DNA of 64,000 nt, taken from Planctomycetota bacterium (lineage in GTDB: Bacteria; Planctomycetota; PLA2; JAEUHO01). Below, piece after piece: positions 36,927 through 47,332 of this stretch. A program made the position numbers and the translations under genes. The stretch is from assembly GCA_965222115.1 (NCBI GenBank), contig CBDCTJ010000007.1:1568001-1632000 (forward strand). The letters are read 5' to 3'. The number at the start of each line of letters is the position of its first letter. The stretch's first letter is position 1. The notes beneath the pieces were generated by a model. The model made no database searches, had not been told where the DNA came from, and saw nothing but the letters and a program-made list of their open reading frames with translations.

Positions 36927-38803
36927 ACGCGTCGCCCCGCAAGTCCGGTTCACGTTCTCCGCTTCGATTCATCCCGTGGATCCACCGGGGCGCCTCGATC
37001 TACATCATGTTCATCGCGTTGGGCATGACGCTGCTCGCATTGCATCTACCGCCCGGGCCGTTGCCCTACGCCGTGTTTATCGCCGACGCTCCCTTTCTTT
37101 GGCTGCTGTTTTTCTCCGGCGGTGGCGATCGATGGAAGCGCTGGGCACTTGTCTATGGCGCCGTTCACTTTGCCTTTGCCATGCGTTGGCTCTACGAAGT
37201 ACAGCCCATGCAAGTGCTTGCTTCGGCCGTGATCTTGGGACCCACATTTCTGGTTTGGGGCAGCGCACTTCGCATGCTTGTTCGTCGCGGCGTTCCCCTT
37301 GCGATTGCTACGGGCACTGTGGTTGTGCTCGAAGAGATCATGCGCACACGTTGGATGGGCGGCATGCCTTGGCCCGCGCGTTCCCTTGCCTTTGCTTCCG
37401 ATCAATCGATCGCGGCACCCATGGATGCGCTTGTGTCCTCCAGCGCCTTCTTCGGTTCCTATGCGCTGTCCTTTTTCGCTGGCGCGACGTCGGCTGTTGT
37501 CGCGCGAATTCCGTTTTGGCTCATGAGTCAAGGTGACGCGCGCACGGTTACGCGCCGTTCGGTGATTCGCGAGGCGGTATTCGTTCTCTGTGTTCTCGTC
37601 TTGCTGGGCGTACTAGGGAGTGTGCGTCGCAGTGGATTCCGCGAGCGTGTTGAAAACGGGCAGTGCCACAAGACTCAGCACGAGTTGTTGGTGATTCAGG
37701 CCGCCATTCCTCAGTCCCTCAAGAATGCGCGCGACGATTGGGATGGGCTCAAACAGATGTTTGCGCGCCACGAAGAGATTTCGAAACAGGCGCTCGGTGC
37801 CGCGCCCGGAGGGAACGCGCCCTATTTTGGCGTTTTATGGCCGGAAACGATGATTCCCTGGCCGTTTCTGTCTCCCGATCTCGCCGCGCGCTTTCCCCGC
37901 AAGTGGATGGACCAAGTCAATGTGATGCGTCGCATCAAGGCAATTCCGAGTGGCGAGGACCTGCATTGGCTGATTGGTGCCATTCAGTTGGTGCGCCGCG
38001 GGGATGAGCGTCACGAAAACATGTGGGCCTACGGCACGCGTGACAGCGTCTTCTACGTGCGTCCTCGTTATGCGCCCGGTCAAGGCGAGAAACCGCCACT
38101 TCCGGATCCACTCAATCCGCATTGGATTCCACCGTGGACCACCAAAAACGCGCGCCACGACAAAGTTCGACTCGTACCGGGTGGTGAATACACGCCGCTG
38201 GGTGATTGGATTCCGCCGCTCAAGCTCTTCCGCGAGTGGGTCGCGGGCATTCCCGAACTCGATCCTGGCGATGTCAATCAACCGCCGTTTCGACTCCACT
38301 TTGAAGGCGCACATCTTGAGCATCTCAATGACGGTTCTGACCTCGTCATGCCGGTGGGAACGGTGATCTGCTTTGAGATTGCGTTTCCCGCGCGTTGCCG
38401 CAAGTGGCGATCGCTTGGCGCGAAGGTGCTGCTCAACGCCGCCAACTATGGATGGTTTGGCAAGACTGATTTTCGCAGTCAGGTGCAGTCCATGGCGCGC
38501 CTGCGAAGTGCGGAGTGTGGTGTAACCACAGCCATGGCCGGCAATACGGGCCCCAGCGCGTTCTTCGATCCCATCGGGGGTCGCTATGGCACATTCGTGG
38601 ATGCCGAGACCGGTGAGAGCGAACCCTGTGGTCCACTTGAGACGACCCACCGTGCGGGGTGGGCAAGAGCACCGCTCTATCTAGATGCCAAGGTGCCGCT
38701 ATACGTGAAGATCGGTGACCTTCCCTGGTTCGCCCTTGGTGCGGCGCTGCTCGCTTGGGCCTTCCTCCGATCGAGACGCGTGAAAATTCGCGGCACCGGC
38801 TAG
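36923..38803 (+). CDS. lnt: Apolipoprotein N-acyltransferase
   Basis: TM helices plus a nitrilase-fold triad: WPET, KVRLVPGGEYTP, ICFEIAF. GTGA overlap with moeA. Confidence 0.92.
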   Translation: MNASPRKSGSRSPLRFIPWIHRGASIYIMFIALGMTLLALHLPPGPLPYAVFIADAPFLWLLFFSGGGDRWKRWALVYGAVHFAFAMRWLYEVQPMQVLASAVILGPTFLVWGSALRMLVRRGVPLAIATGTVVVLEEIMRTRWMGGMPWPARSLAFASDQSIAAPMDALVSSSAFFGSYALSFFAGATSAVVARIPFWLMSQGDARTVTRRSVIREAVFVLCVLVLLGVLGSVRRSGFRERVENGQCHKTQHELLVIQAAIPQSLKNARDDWDGLKQMFARHEEISKQALGAAPGGNAPYFGVLWPETMIPWPFLSPDLAARFPRKWMDQVNVMRRIKAIPSGEDLHWLIGAIQLVRRGDERHENMWAYGTRDSVFYVRPRYAPGQGEKPPLPDPLNPHWIPPWTTKNARHDKVRLVPGGEYTPLGDWIPPLKLFREWVAGIPELDPGDVNQPPFRLHFEGAHLEHLNDGSDLVMPVGTVICFEIAFPARCRKWRSLGAKVLLNAANYGWFGKTDFRSQVQSMARLRSAECGVTTAMAGNTGPSAFFDPIGGRYGTFVDAETGESEPCGPLETTHRAGWARAPLYLDAKVPLYVKIGDLPWFALGAALLAWAFLRSRRVKIRGTG

Positions 38804-38908
38804 CGGCACTCGCACTCTTTCCGATCCAGCTTGTGCTGGCATTGTTAGGCAGCACCCACCAATCCGCGAATTCATGAGTTCTGGAGGGGCTAGCGGAGCG
38901 CAAATCGT

Positions 38909-38937
38909 TTGACTCGACCGGGTAGTTTTGTCATAAA
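38909..38937 (+). promoter_or_regulatory. Putative sigma70 promoter for the 39181 operon
   Basis: TTGACT-N17-CATAAA, with TG one base upstream of the -10 (extended -10 like). Confidence 0.45.
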
Positions 38938-39180
38938 ACGGCAACCACAGCGGTATCGCCGATCCTTGAGGGAGGGTCGTCGGGAGTCCCAGCGCGTCGA
39001 ATGGCCCCAAAAAATGCGGGCCGGGATGGCGCGCTGCGGGCGTGCAGGGAGGGCATCACGGTAGGATTGGATCGACGCGGCGTGGTGTCGCGGCGAATCC
39101 GTCGCCGAATGCGCGTTCTTAGTTACGAGCGCTCGTTATGGTTCGAGCCGTCGATGCGTTGACCGACAGGAGAGTTCTCA

Positions 39181-40020
39181 ATGAGTACCTTTGGCAAGAT
39201 TCTTGTCGTCGTGAACTTGGGCTTGGCAGCCGCCTTCTTGGGCAGCGCAGCCAACTACCTGGGTCACCAAGACACCGTGGCGCATAAGTTTGATGCGTTT
39301 AAGAAGAAGACCACCGACGAAAAGTCGTTGATGCAGGAAGAGATCGACAAGAAGAATCGCGACCTGCAAGCCGCCAACACCAACTTGCGCAAGGCGATTT
39401 CCGAACGCGATATCGCGCAGACGGCCGCCTCGCGTTCCGACGCACAGTCAAAGAATGACCAAGAGGCCTACAAGGTCCTTGCGGGCAATCTTTCCGTTGC
39501 GCAGCGCGCCGTGGACCGCATGTCGGCCACCGCCAATGCCGACAAGGCCATGATCAGTAGTCTTCGTCAAGATCGCGACCAGATGAAGACGGCTTGGGAC
39601 GACGCCAAGGAACGCTTGAATAGCGCCTTGAGCCGACTCGCCGCCGCCACACGCAACGTTGAGAAGCTTGAAAACATAGGCCAGATCACGGCCGCCAAGC
39701 TCGGTTCACTTGAGGAAGAGAACCGCCAGCTTCGCTTCCAACTCGAAGGCGTGGCCCGCAAGGCGCCCAGCCTCGTGAAGTTCAATCAGCCCGCCCAGCA
39801 AGGCCGTGTCGTAACGGCCGGTGGCGATCTCGTCACGATCTCGCTCGGCGAGGAAGATGGCGTCAAGCGCGGCTACCGCTACACCGTTGCGCGTGGTCGT
39901 GAATACATCGCCACCATTCAAATCGAAGACACGCAGGCCAAGCAGTCCTCGGGTGTTATCGTCCGCAACATGTCCAAGGGCGACGTCCAACAGGGCGACT
40001 CGGTCATTAACGCCAACTAG
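39181..40020 (+). CDS. Membrane-anchored coiled-coil protein with C-terminal MreC/FlgT-C-like beta domain
   Basis: AGGAG RBS; N-terminal TM helix; ~170-aa coiled coil; VTISLGEEDGVKRG...IATIQI...GDSV. Confidence 0.8.
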   Translation: MSTFGKILVVVNLGLAAAFLGSAANYLGHQDTVAHKFDAFKKKTTDEKSLMQEEIDKKNRDLQAANTNLRKAISERDIAQTAASRSDAQSKNDQEAYKVLAGNLSVAQRAVDRMSATANADKAMISSLRQDRDQMKTAWDDAKERLNSALSRLAAATRNVEKLENIGQITAAKLGSLEEENRQLRFQLEGVARKAPSLVKFNQPAQQGRVVTAGGDLVTISLGEEDGVKRGYRYTVARGREYIATIQIEDTQAKQSSGVIVRNMSKGDVQQGDSVINAN

Positions 40021-40158
40021 GAACCCGGCTCGTTGCGTCGGGTCCCTCGGGATCCGGCAGACGAGAACCACAAAGGCAATAGCGGCGAAGCAGCCGTACC
40101 CGCTCGTTCCGAGAACTCCGGGCGGCAAGGCGCAGCGTCGAGAGAGGATTCTTGAGTT

Positions 40159-40356
40159 ATGGCACGCGGTAGAGATCGATTCGAAGATTACGATGAGCAC
40201 AGCCCCGAGCCCAAGCGCGACGGGCTGGCCACGGGACTCGTCTGCTTGACCACGCTGGTGTTGCTTGCAGCGGTCTTCTTTATGCAGAAGGCCCTGAAGG
40301 ACCACTTCAACGCGGGCATGTTCAAAGACAAGGGCGCCGCCACAGGCACCCCCTAA
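40159..40356 (+). CDS. Small single-TM protein (65 aa)
   Basis: Acidic N-terminus, one TM helix, host-like codon usage, lies before a terminator. Confidence 0.65.
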   Translation: MARGRDRFEDYDEHSPEPKRDGLATGLVCLTTLVLLAAVFFMQKALKDHFNAGMFKDKGAATGTP

Positions 40357-40429
40357 CTCCTGAATGTAGCTTCTACGCACTCGTCCACGCATCCCTGCGA
40401 TGAGGCGATCAGCTTCAATTCCTGATTGA

Positions 40430-40470
40430 GGGCGGGCACGATGTCGATCGCGTCCGCCCCTTTTGCGTTT
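40430..40470 (+). terminator. Intrinsic terminator
   Basis: GGGCGGGCACGAT-GTCG-ATCGCGTCCGCCC followed by CTTTTGCGTTT. Confidence 0.65.
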
Positions 40471-40732
40471 TGGGGTCTACCCCGAGAGCCCATCGAGACG
40501 AACGAAGGGCCAATTTGCCAACTTCGGACATGCGTGAGCACCGCCCCTGCCGATCTACCGTTCGTAGCGGCCCAGCCCGCGCCGCGACGCAAACCGCGCG
40601 ACCTGGTCGTCTTGGCGCTGCCGCGGCTGTCCGCCGTCCCCACGCGCCTGTATATGGTGGGCATTCTGCGGCCGCGAATCTAGGGATCGCTGCGCGGGGT
40701 GAGCATAGGTTCCAAGAAGAAGGCGGGCGTGC

Positions 40733-41785
40733 ATGGCCAAACTCTTTGAGTGGCTGATCGGCAAGTTTTCAGTCGACATGGGTATCGACTTGGGAACCGC
40801 GAACACGCTCGTTTGTGTTCAAGGTCGCGGCATCATTCTTAATGAGCCAAGCGTTGTGGCCGTAAAGAAGGGAACCAACAAGGTTCTGCTCGATGGTCGC
40901 GCCGTCGGTGACACCGCCAAGGAAATGCTTGGAAAAACACCGGGCAATATCGTGGCCATTCGTCCCTTGAAGGACGGCGTAATTGCCGACTTCGAGATCA
41001 CCGAAGCCATGTTGCGCTATTTTATCTACAAGGTACACGACCGCACCTGGGCGGTGCATCCCCGTGTGGTCATTGCCATTCCGTATGGCATTACACCGGT
41101 TGAAAAGCGCGCTGTGATCAACTCGGCCGAACGCGCGGGCGCACGCAAAGTCTACTTGATTGAAGAGCCCATGGCCGCTGGCATTGGCGTGGGGTTGCCC
41201 ATCACCGAACCGCAGGCCTCCATGATTGTTGACATTGGTGGCGGTACTACTGAGGTGGCCGTGATTTCGCTGGCCGGCATTGTCAAAGCCAACTCGCTGC
41301 GAACTGCCGGTGACTCGATGGACGAAGCCATCGTCACGCATATGCGCAACACCTACAACCTGCTCATCGGCGAGCAGACAGCGGAGAAGGTAAAGATCGG
41401 CATTGGCAGTGCGTATCCCCTCAAGCGTGAAATGACCATGGACGTGCGCGGGCGCGACGTGAAGCAGGGCTTGCCCCGCAAGGTCGTGGTCACCAGCGAA
41501 GAGATTCGCGAGGCGCTGCAAGATCCTGTGCGCGGCATTGTGGACACGGTCAAGAACACCCTCGAGCAGACGCCGCCCGAGTTGGCGGCCGATTTGATCG
41601 ACAGCGGCGTGGTGGTGGCGGGCGGCGGCGCGCTACTGCGAGGGCTCGATCGCGTGCTCGCCGAAGAAATCAACCTTCCGGTGCGCGTGGCCGAGGACCC
41701 ACTCACCGCGGTGGCCCGTGGCACAGGCGTATTCCTCGAGAAGATCAAAGACCTCAAAGTGGCCATGGACTCGGCGGAAGACTAG
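40733..41785 (+). CDS. mreB: Rod shape-determining protein MreB
   Basis: [46 protein letters not shown]. Confidence 0.98.
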   Translation: MAKLFEWLIGKFSVDMGIDLGTANTLVCVQGRGIILNEPSVVAVKKGTNKVLLDGRAVGDTAKEMLGKTPGNIVAIRPLKDGVIADFEITEAMLRYFIYKVHDRTWAVHPRVVIAIPYGITPVEKRAVINSAERAGARKVYLIEEPMAAGIGVGLPITEPQASMIVDIGGGTTEVAVISLAGIVKANSLRTAGDSMDEAIVTHMRNTYNLLIGEQTAEKVKIGIGSAYPLKREMTMDVRGRDVKQGLPRKVVVTSEEIREALQDPVRGIVDTVKNTLEQTPPELAADLIDSGVVVAGGGALLRGLDRVLAEEINLPVRVAEDPLTAVARGTGVFLEKIKDLKVAMDSAED

Positions 41786-42012
41786 CCGTTCCAGGCGGCG
41801 CGAAATCGTTGCACAGAGCTTGCAATCAGATGCGGCTCGAATGGCTAGACTGTCTAGCGGTTGGGGGATAATCGGGAAAGGTCCCCAAGGTCTGGTGTGA
41901 GGCGAATTCTCTGCGATTGCAGGGTCGTCATTACAGCCCACCACGCGGGGACGGGCGTGGCAATAGGTCATGAGTCGATTCGTTTTGAATCTTGGAGGCA
42001 CAACGGTTCTGC

Positions 42013-42918
42013 ATGCGACTCCATCGTCAACATGCCTGGGGTGCATTCTTGCTGGTGCTCTTCGCATTGCCGCTCATCAAGCCGAACGGACTCGAGCTTA
42101 TTGAGCGTCCGGTGGGGGCCGTGGACTCGTGGTTTGCGGAAGTGCCGGGTCTCAATCCGCGTTTGCTCAAGTCAACGGCCGAGTCAGCGGACGGTAATGA
42201 TCAACGTACCAAGACGCTTGAGCGCGCCTTGCAGCAGTTGTGGCATCACGTGCAGCGAGTGCGTGCGCAGGCCGCAAAGGCCAATGAACTTAGCCAAACG
42301 CTGTCGCGCAGCGAGTTGGATCGCCGTCCATTGGTTGTTCCGGCGCGTGTGCTTCGTGCTCATGATCCCGCACGGCGCCGGCGCTCGATTTTGATCGATG
42401 TGGGGGCCGACGATGGGGTGGTGGAGGGGCACCCAGTTGTATTTGGCAGTACCTATTTCGGTCGCGTGCGCGTTGTTCGCGCGCGTTCAGCACGCGTGCA
42501 GCTCATCACCGACCGCGACAGTCGCTTGGAGGTTCTGATCCCCACCACGAGCGGAGAAATGGTGCGTGGGTATGCGCGGCGCATGGGTCGGCGAGACGGC
42601 GCGGATGTGCTTTCCATCGACTTTGCGCGTATGAAGCGTTCCTATGGTTCGATTCCCGAATCAGCGCCCGTCTTTACGGCCAATTTCGATGAGCGCGTTC
42701 CTGCCCACCTGTTGGTGGGTCGCATTGTGGAGATGACCGACGCCGACGGCGACGGCATTCCATCCATTCTGGTCGAGCCCGCGATGGATTTGGACACCAC
42801 AACGGATGTGTTCGTGCTCAAGACGCGTTCGCCTCTGGCGGGGAGGGCCACGCGGAATACAAAGCCAGCGAAGCGCACCGAACCCGGTCTTCATCGCAAC
42901 GCGAAACGAAAGCAGTAG
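42013..42918 (+). CDS. mreC: Rod shape-determining protein MreC
   Basis: TM helix, coiled coil, IDVGADDGVVEG...GRV...VQLITD, PAHLLVGRI; follows mreB. Confidence 0.88.
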   Translation: MRLHRQHAWGAFLLVLFALPLIKPNGLELIERPVGAVDSWFAEVPGLNPRLLKSTAESADGNDQRTKTLERALQQLWHHVQRVRAQAAKANELSQTLSRSELDRRPLVVPARVLRAHDPARRRRSILIDVGADDGVVEGHPVVFGSTYFGRVRVVRARSARVQLITDRDSRLEVLIPTTSGEMVRGYARRMGRRDGADVLSIDFARMKRSYGSIPESAPVFTANFDERVPAHLLVGRIVEMTDADGDGIPSILVEPAMDLDTTTDVFVLKTRSPLAGRATRNTKPAKRTEPGLHRNAKRKQ

Positions 42919-42922
42919 CTCT

Positions 42923-43435
42923 GTGGGTGCGGTCATGCTTTTCATGCTGCTTCTCTTGGCGGCCGCCATTCCCGATGTAGCGCCCTCCTTCTTGGGGCTC
43001 GCGAGCTACCCCCCCGACGTTTGGCTCGCACTCACCATCTACTTGGCCGCGCGAGCCAAGGGCTTCCGCGCTGTGGGATGGGGCATCACCATCGGGCTCA
43101 TTCGCGACTGCCTCTCACTCGACCCGCTGGGCACCAACGGCTTTGTGCTTGGCGCCGTGGCGCTCATCTTCGCGGAGGGAGCGCGGTCGCGGGGGCGTAT
43201 GGACTCGGCGAGTCGCTTCGTTTCGCTGTTCGCGGCTTCCGTCTTGGCGAGCTGGATCTATGCACTGCGCGTGATTCCGCTAGAGGGGGCATGGCCCTCC
43301 TTTGCCACGTGGCTTGAAGCGTTTCCCGTTGCGCTGTGGACCACGCTTTTCGCGGGGTTGTTGTTGTATCCCTTGATGGATCGCTTTGCGCTCCTTGACG
43401 ACTTGTGTGGGAGGTCCCATGCGTTTTCGTCGTAG
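42923..43435 (+). CDS. mreD: Rod shape-determining protein MreD
   Basis: Hydrophobic, PDVWL, GLIRDCLS..PLG; lies between mreC and PBP2. Confidence 0.85.
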   Translation: MGAVMLFMLLLLAAAIPDVAPSFLGLASYPPDVWLALTIYLAARAKGFRAVGWGITIGLIRDCLSLDPLGTNGFVLGAVALIFAEGARSRGRMDSASRFVSLFAASVLASWIYALRVIPLEGAWPSFATWLEAFPVALWTTLFAGLLLYPLMDRFALLDDLCGRSHAFSS

Positions 43436-46055
43436 GTTGATGGTGCTCTATCTCGCCTTTGCGTGCGCGCTCAGCATCGTGTGGATTCGCGTGGCGCATA
43501 TGCAGTGGGTCGAAGGCGCCGCGTGGACCGAGAAGGCTGACAAAGCGCGGCAGACCGAACGCATGCTTGAGGCCCGGCGAGGCGCCATCGTGGATCGCCA
43601 AGGCGTGGTCCTGGCCGAAGATGAACCGGTGTTTCAGTTACTACTCATTGCGCGCGACTGGAAGCATCGCGATCGCGGTCGCAAACGATGCACGGCTTGC
43701 GGGGTTGTTCACTTCCCCGGCTACGGTGGGCGTTTCTCCAAGACGTGTTCATGCCAACGCTATCGATCCGGTAGCAAGAAGCCCTATCAACCCGAAGCCG
43801 GATCTCGGGGGCGCAAGGACACGCTGGTTGATCTGGCACCGGGCGATGTGTGGCCCATTGAGAAGGCGCTCGGTATGCCGCGCGGTGAACTCGAGGCGCG
43901 TGCCCAACGACGTTTGACAGAGATTGAGAAACTTGTCAAGGCCCATAAGCGCACGTGGATCGAGGCCGGAGCACGCGAGTTCGTTATCAAGGAAGCCGTT
44001 CGGCAACGACGCGACGACCTTTCGGCGCGGCCCCATGTGCTTGCCACGGATGTCGATGAATCGGTGGTGCGCCTGATTCAACTCGATGAAGAGGGGGGCT
44101 ATCGCGGACTGTCGGTGCGCGTTCAGCAGCGACGCCGCTATCCGAAGGGCGACTTTGCGCCGCACTTGCTTGGATTTACGAGCAAGGTGGCCACGTACGA
44201 CGAACTGGCCGAGCTCCGCCAGCGCTACGGACACGACATGGTCACACCCGATTCACGCGTGGGTCGCCGGGGTGTGGAGCGTGCGCAAAACGACCACTTG
44301 CATGGCAAGCCCGGTGTGCAGGTGCGCCAACTCGATGCGAATGGCAGTTTCGCCACCATCGTGCATGAATCGCCACCCGAGTCGGGCAACACAGTTCAGT
44401 TGGCGGTGGACTGGAAAAAGAGCGTGGCGGCGCAAAAGATCTTGGAAGAGATCGCCACACGCGACAAGTACTACCCCAAGGGTCGGCCGTCCGCGGCATT
44501 CGTCATGATCGACGCCGTTAGCGGTGAGATTCTGCTTTGGGCGGAGACGCCGCGCTTCAATCTTGATGAGGGACTCGACGAACTCTTTGCCACCGCCACG
44601 GGCAGTGCCAAAGCCAACATCGATGTGGGGCAGTGGTTTCCTGTCGATGCGAAAACGGCGAGTGGCATGGACTTGACGTTTTGGCGCGCCAACCTCGTTG
44701 TCCCGGCGCCGTTGTCGATGAGCCGAGTATCGCAAGTTGCGGTGGAACCCGGAAGCACGTTCAAGCCATTGATTGCTCTGGCGATGCTTGAAAGTGGAAC
44801 GCCGCTTCCCTTCCCGCATTACACATGCAGCCGAGGTGATCGTCGTAAGCCCGCGTGTCGCGGTTGCGGAACGATGGACTTGGCCAACGCCACCTGTGTG
44901 TCCTGCAATAAGTTCTTCGCACGAAACTTTCGTGCGGGCAAAGCGTGGTCGCGGTATCGCGCGTTTAGTGGAGGCTTCCTTCAGCGGTTGGGCATCGGTC
45001 AAACACCGAGTCCAGAACTTCGTGAAGCGGGCTCGGGGCGTTGGCTTCGTCGGGGATACGACTTTTCTATCGAGCGCGTCGTTCACAGCGTGGAGGAGCA
45101 GTTGCGCGACGAGCACGCCGCCGCGCTCGAACGCAAGTCCGAAGAAGAGACGATTCACACCGTAGCGCCCGACATCGTGTTTCAGCGCAGTCGCCACTGT
45201 CCGCCCACGGCGGGAGGGGACCCGAGTTACGTGCGCAAACGACTCGTGGAAATCGTGCGCTACGTTGCTCGTGAGAGCCTTTCTTCACGCGTCGAGGTGT
45301 CTGTAAAGCGACTTAAGGGCGGCAATCGACAGTTGCGCCTGCGCTTTGAAGTGCGCGCGTTGGATCCTCCGCGCTGGTATGTATTGCGCGGCGGTGCGCC
45401 GGCGATTCCCAAGTTGTGGCAGAAATACGTTCGTCGCAAGACGCTTGGCATTGAAGGGCACGTGGCCTACGGCGGACGCGTGTGGTTCGAAGACGGATTT
45501 GATCTCAAATTCGGACGCGCAACACCCCAGGCCCATCCCATGGTGCACAACGAGGACGGAAGCAATGTGGCGCTGGGGCAAGGCCCCGTGCTCGTTACGC
45601 CGCTGCAAATGGCGCGCGCCATGGCGGTGCTTGCCAATGGCGGTCGGCTCGTGAGCGCGCATGTGGCCCATGCGATCGGTGGGGAGCGCGTGCCGCATCG
45701 CTCCGAATCGTTGGGTTTGAGTGGGCACCATATCGAGCGTGTGCGAGGCGGTATGCGCATGGTGGTGAGTCATCCGCGAGGCACGGCCTACCACAAGGGC
45801 GCGTGGGCTGCGGTGCCCGCCACGGTGTATGGAAAGACCGGAACGGCTCAGTTGAGCAAGGCGTGGGCGCCGTGGACGCGCAGTGGCGAAAAGGCGCCCG
45901 CGTGGCACCACTGGTTTGTCGGCTTTGCAGAGCGCGCGGGGGCCAACCCCGTCGCATTCGCATGCGTTTTCCATTCACGCACTGAGAAATCGGGATCCGG
46001 ATCCACGGCGGGTGTCGCCGGTCGCAAGATTCTCGAAACCTGGTTTACGAAGTAA
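43419..46055 (+). CDS. mrdA: Class B penicillin-binding protein 2, with insertions
   Basis: ARRGAIVDR, RRYP, catalytic STFK (SxxK), SCN (SxN), GKTGTAQ; GGAGGT RBS. Confidence 0.9.
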   Translation: MRFRRRLMVLYLAFACALSIVWIRVAHMQWVEGAAWTEKADKARQTERMLEARRGAIVDRQGVVLAEDEPVFQLLLIARDWKHRDRGRKRCTACGVVHFPGYGGRFSKTCSCQRYRSGSKKPYQPEAGSRGRKDTLVDLAPGDVWPIEKALGMPRGELEARAQRRLTEIEKLVKAHKRTWIEAGAREFVIKEAVRQRRDDLSARPHVLATDVDESVVRLIQLDEEGGYRGLSVRVQQRRRYPKGDFAPHLLGFTSKVATYDELAELRQRYGHDMVTPDSRVGRRGVERAQNDHLHGKPGVQVRQLDANGSFATIVHESPPESGNTVQLAVDWKKSVAAQKILEEIATRDKYYPKGRPSAAFVMIDAVSGEILLWAETPRFNLDEGLDELFATATGSAKANIDVGQWFPVDAKTASGMDLTFWRANLVVPAPLSMSRVSQVAVEPGSTFKPLIALAMLESGTPLPFPHYTCSRGDRRKPACRGCGTMDLANATCVSCNKFFARNFRAGKAWSRYRAFSGGFLQRLGIGQTPSPELREAGSGRWLRRGYDFSIERVVHSVEEQLRDEHAAALERKSEEETIHTVAPDIVFQRSRHCPPTAGGDPSYVRKRLVEIVRYVARESLSSRVEVSVKRLKGGNRQLRLRFEVRALDPPRWYVLRGGAPAIPKLWQKYVRRKTLGIEGHVAYGGRVWFEDGFDLKFGRATPQAHPMVHNEDGSNVALGQGPVLVTPLQMARAMAVLANGGRLVSAHVAHAIGGERVPHRSESLGLSGHHIERVRGGMRMVVSHPRGTAYHKGAWAAVPATVYGKTGTAQLSKAWAPWTRSGEKAPAWHHWFVGFAERAGANPVAFACVFHSRTEKSGSGSTAGVAGRKILETWFTK

Positions 46056-46121
46056 GTCGCGCGTCGCCTTTCGGCGATCGCCAAGAGTCGAAGACGGGCA
46101 GCAAGTCGCAAAGGAGAACTC

Positions 46122-47252
46122 GTGGATCGTGCCCTCGGCCTCGGAGACCGCATCAAGCGAGCCAACTGGTTCTTGCTTGGTTTGGGATGTCTGCTGGCCT
46201 TGGCGGGTGTGATCACCGTGGGGGCCGCGTCGCGCCAGGGCGGCGTTCAATTTGGCGCCGTGCAAATGAAGTGGTTTGCAGTGGGCGTCACGCTTTGCTT
46301 GTTAACCCTTTCGGTGCCGTACCGCCGCATCGTGGCGCTGCGCTATTTTTGGTATGCTGTGGGCCTCGTAGCGCTCGCACTGTGTCTGGTGATTGGCCGC
46401 GGACCCAACGTGGCACGGTGGATTCAAATCGGATCCTTCCGCGCGCAGCCCAGCGAGATCATGAAGGTTGTTATGGTGATCGTGCTGGCAGGGTACTTGC
46501 GCTACGGTCGTAGCTATCGCGAAGTCTCCGGACTCGTTCGACCTATCCTGCTCACGCTGATTCCCATCGCGCTTATCTTCAAGCAGCCCGACCTCGGTAC
46601 GGCCATGTTGTTGCTGCCCGTTTTGCTGGTCATGTTGTATGTGGCGGGGGCCCGTCGGCGTCATCTCATTGGCTTGGTGTTGATTGGCTTGCTGGGTGCC
46701 GCTGTGCTCGTGGCCACGGGCATGATCAAGGAGTATCAGCTTAAACGCGTGTACTCGTTCTTGATGCAGTCCAATGAGAACAAGGTGCTATTGCGTGGCG
46801 ACGGGCATCAGGTCTACCACAGCAAGATCGTCGTGGGTTCGTCGTCGCTCACGGGCAACGGTACGGGGGAAGCGGTTCGCGATGCCGTACGCTTCTTGCC
46901 CGAGCGGCACAGCGACTTCATCTTCCCCGTATTCGTTTCTGCGTTTGGCTTAGCCGGTGCGTCGCTTTTATTTCTGGGCTATCTGCTATTCATTGGACTC
47001 TTGCTACGAACGGCGATCCACGTGCGAGAACCTAGTGGACGGTTGCTGGCCGTGGGCGTCGCCACGCTCTTCGCCTGCCAATCCGTCATCAATCTCGCTA
47101 TGACCATCGGCCTCCTGCCCATCGTCGGCATGCCGCTCCCCTTCCTCAGTTACGGCGGCAGTTCCATGCTCACCTCCTTCGTCGCATTGGGCCTCGTCCT
47201 CAACGTCGGCGCCGACCACCCCGTCGAGTTCGGCCGCGGCGACTTCGATTGA
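46122..47252 (+). CDS. rodA: SEDS glycosyltransferase RodA
   Basis: RWI...QPSE.MK, QPDLGT, LPERHSDFIF, GMPLPFLSYGGSS. Confidence 0.93.
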   Translation: MDRALGLGDRIKRANWFLLGLGCLLALAGVITVGAASRQGGVQFGAVQMKWFAVGVTLCLLTLSVPYRRIVALRYFWYAVGLVALALCLVIGRGPNVARWIQIGSFRAQPSEIMKVVMVIVLAGYLRYGRSYREVSGLVRPILLTLIPIALIFKQPDLGTAMLLLPVLLVMLYVAGARRRHLIGLVLIGLLGAAVLVATGMIKEYQLKRVYSFLMQSNENKVLLRGDGHQVYHSKIVVGSSSLTGNGTGEAVRDAVRFLPERHSDFIFPVFVSAFGLAGASLLFLGYLLFIGLLLRTAIHVREPSGRLLAVGVATLFACQSVINLAMTIGLLPIVGMPLPFLSYGGSSMLTSFVALGLVLNVGADHPVEFGRGDFD

Positions 47253-47332
47253 TCCAATTCGATGGATCCGAAATGCGCGTTATGCTTGAGGATCGCATAG
47301 ACCGAAACGCAATCACCCGCAGGAGCGCCTCC

